NCBI GenBank assembly: GCA_951406725.2
Contig: OX597837.1
Coordinates: forward strand, 38,812,001-38,876,000
Length of the DNA stretch: 64,000 nucleotides
Direction: 5' to 3'
Origin: Octopus vulgaris
Lineage: Eukaryota
Shown here piece by piece: positions 63,003 to 64,000 of this stretch. Position numbers and translations under genes: made by a program. The first letter of the stretch is position 1. Every line of letters begins with the position of its first letter. The notes beneath the pieces were generated by a model, which saw nothing but the letters and a program-made list of their open reading frames with translations, made no database searches and was not told the origin of the DNA.

Positions 63003-63085
63003 AAGTCACCTATTTCAGCTAGGGTGAAAGAAAGGATTACACGTCAAAATATCCAACCCACAGGCAGAAAGACATTGAAGCAAAA
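63003..63085 (+). CDS. CARD + TRADD-N-like protein, 83-nt exon (KSPISARVKERITRQNIQPTGRKTLKQ..); gene continues beyond the window
   Basis: CTTTTTATTTTAG acceptor and AAA|GTAAGT donor; open in phase 0, matching the previous exon. Confidence 0.7.
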
Positions 63086-63207
63086 GTAAGTATTTCTAAT
63101 ATTTTTGATGTTGTAATTCCATTACCGTTGTTGTTGTTGTTGGTAGTGATGTTGTTGAACCCAAAGTGAGCCTCAAGCTATGTATATTTATATCCATGTG
63201 TATGTTT

Positions 63208-63487
63208 ATATCATCATGGCTCGGCTTCGTGAACGAAGATCAGGAAGGCTTTCCATGTCGCATGCATGCATGCTCATGACTGAGAAGTCTGATATGGGAA
63301 AGGCAGGTCCGTGAGCAGTGTCCACAGACGAAGGTAACATCCGGTTTGGTGTCAGAGGCGGCTCACTCCTTCCTTCTGCGTCTCTTGTCTTTAAGCGCAT
63401 CTCTTCTTTGTTCCTCAAACTTGCTGTCTGCGTTGAAGATCGTGTGGTGCCAGACATCACGGTCTGCAGCCAGGTCTGACCTGCATT
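63208..63487 (-). mobile_element. Second RTE-family 3' end with C-terminal zinc-knuckle motif
   Basis: DLAADRDVW...FVCGHCSRTCLSHIRLLSHEHAC, short UTR and ATG-repeat tail. Confidence 0.7.
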
Positions 63488-63720
63488 AAGTCGGCGAGCT
63501 GGCAGAAACGTTAGCACGCCAGGCGAAATGCTTAGCGGTATTTCGTCTGCCGTTACGTTGTGAGTTCAAATTCCGCCGAGGTCGACTTTGCCTTTCATCC
63601 TTTTGGGGTCGATAAATTAAGTGCCAGTTACGCACTGGGGTCGATGTAATCAACTTAATACCTGTGTCTGTCCTTGTTTGTCCCCTCTGTGTTTAACCCC
63701 TTGTGGGTAGTAAAGAAATA
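63488..63720 (+). mobile_element. SINE family B with degenerate TSD
   Basis: Flanks GGTCTGACCTGCATT / GGTCCGACCAGCATT. Confidence 0.85.
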
Positions 63721-63842
63721 GGTCCGACCAGCATTGGTGGTTAATTTGACATAGAAAACACATATATACATGGTGTTTTGGGCTAAATTTTGATGATATT
63801 GCCTTCTTTTTCTCAGGAATATCTCGATGTATTGGTAAACGG

Positions 63843-64000
63843 TCATCATCATCATCATTGTTTAACGTCCGTTTTCCATACTGGCATGGGTTGGACGGTT
63901 CAAATTGGGTCTGGGTCGCCGGAAGGCTGCACCAGGCCCAGTGTGATATGGCAGTGTTTCTACTGCTGGATGCCCTTCCTAACGCCAACCACTTCGTGAG
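63843..64000 (-). mobile_element. RTE 3' terminal module
   Basis: Same as 41261-41438. Confidence 0.75.

Noticed and set aside
63019-63085. Alternative acceptor TTTCAG at 63018 joining directly to the 47536 donor
   Set aside because: In frame, but it has a weaker pyrimidine tract than 63002, and the 47-nt exon explains the phase; possible only as a minor isoform.

Overview
Repeat-saturated animal genomic DNA, not prokaryotic. The SINE families, (TA)n/(TACA)n/(TATC)n arrays and LINE types suggest an octopus or other cephalopod (inference). Most of the ORF track is microsatellite artefact. One real host gene can be assembled by eye on the + strand: four phase-compatible GT-AG exons (40460-40931, 47087-47536, 51879-51925, 63003-63085, continuing past the window) encode an N-terminal CARD followed by a TRADD-N-like domain, an unusual death-fold adaptor architecture. 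Transposable elements seen: a triple-nested set of Merlin (IS1595-like) elements whose transposase is restored to an intact 300-aa ORF by removing the inner MITE; a complete Hsmar1-like mariner and three decayed mariners; a large disrupted Helitron, a Helitron remnant and a non-autonomous Helitron; piggyBac and hAT MITEs; RTE, CR1/L2-like and Tx1-like LINE fragments; a Penelope GIY-YIG remnant; and at least three tRNA-derived SINE families. Several fold-back elements carry Penelope-type minimal hammerhead ribozyme motifs, the best at 44421-44502 (- strand, inside intron 1 of the CARD gene).
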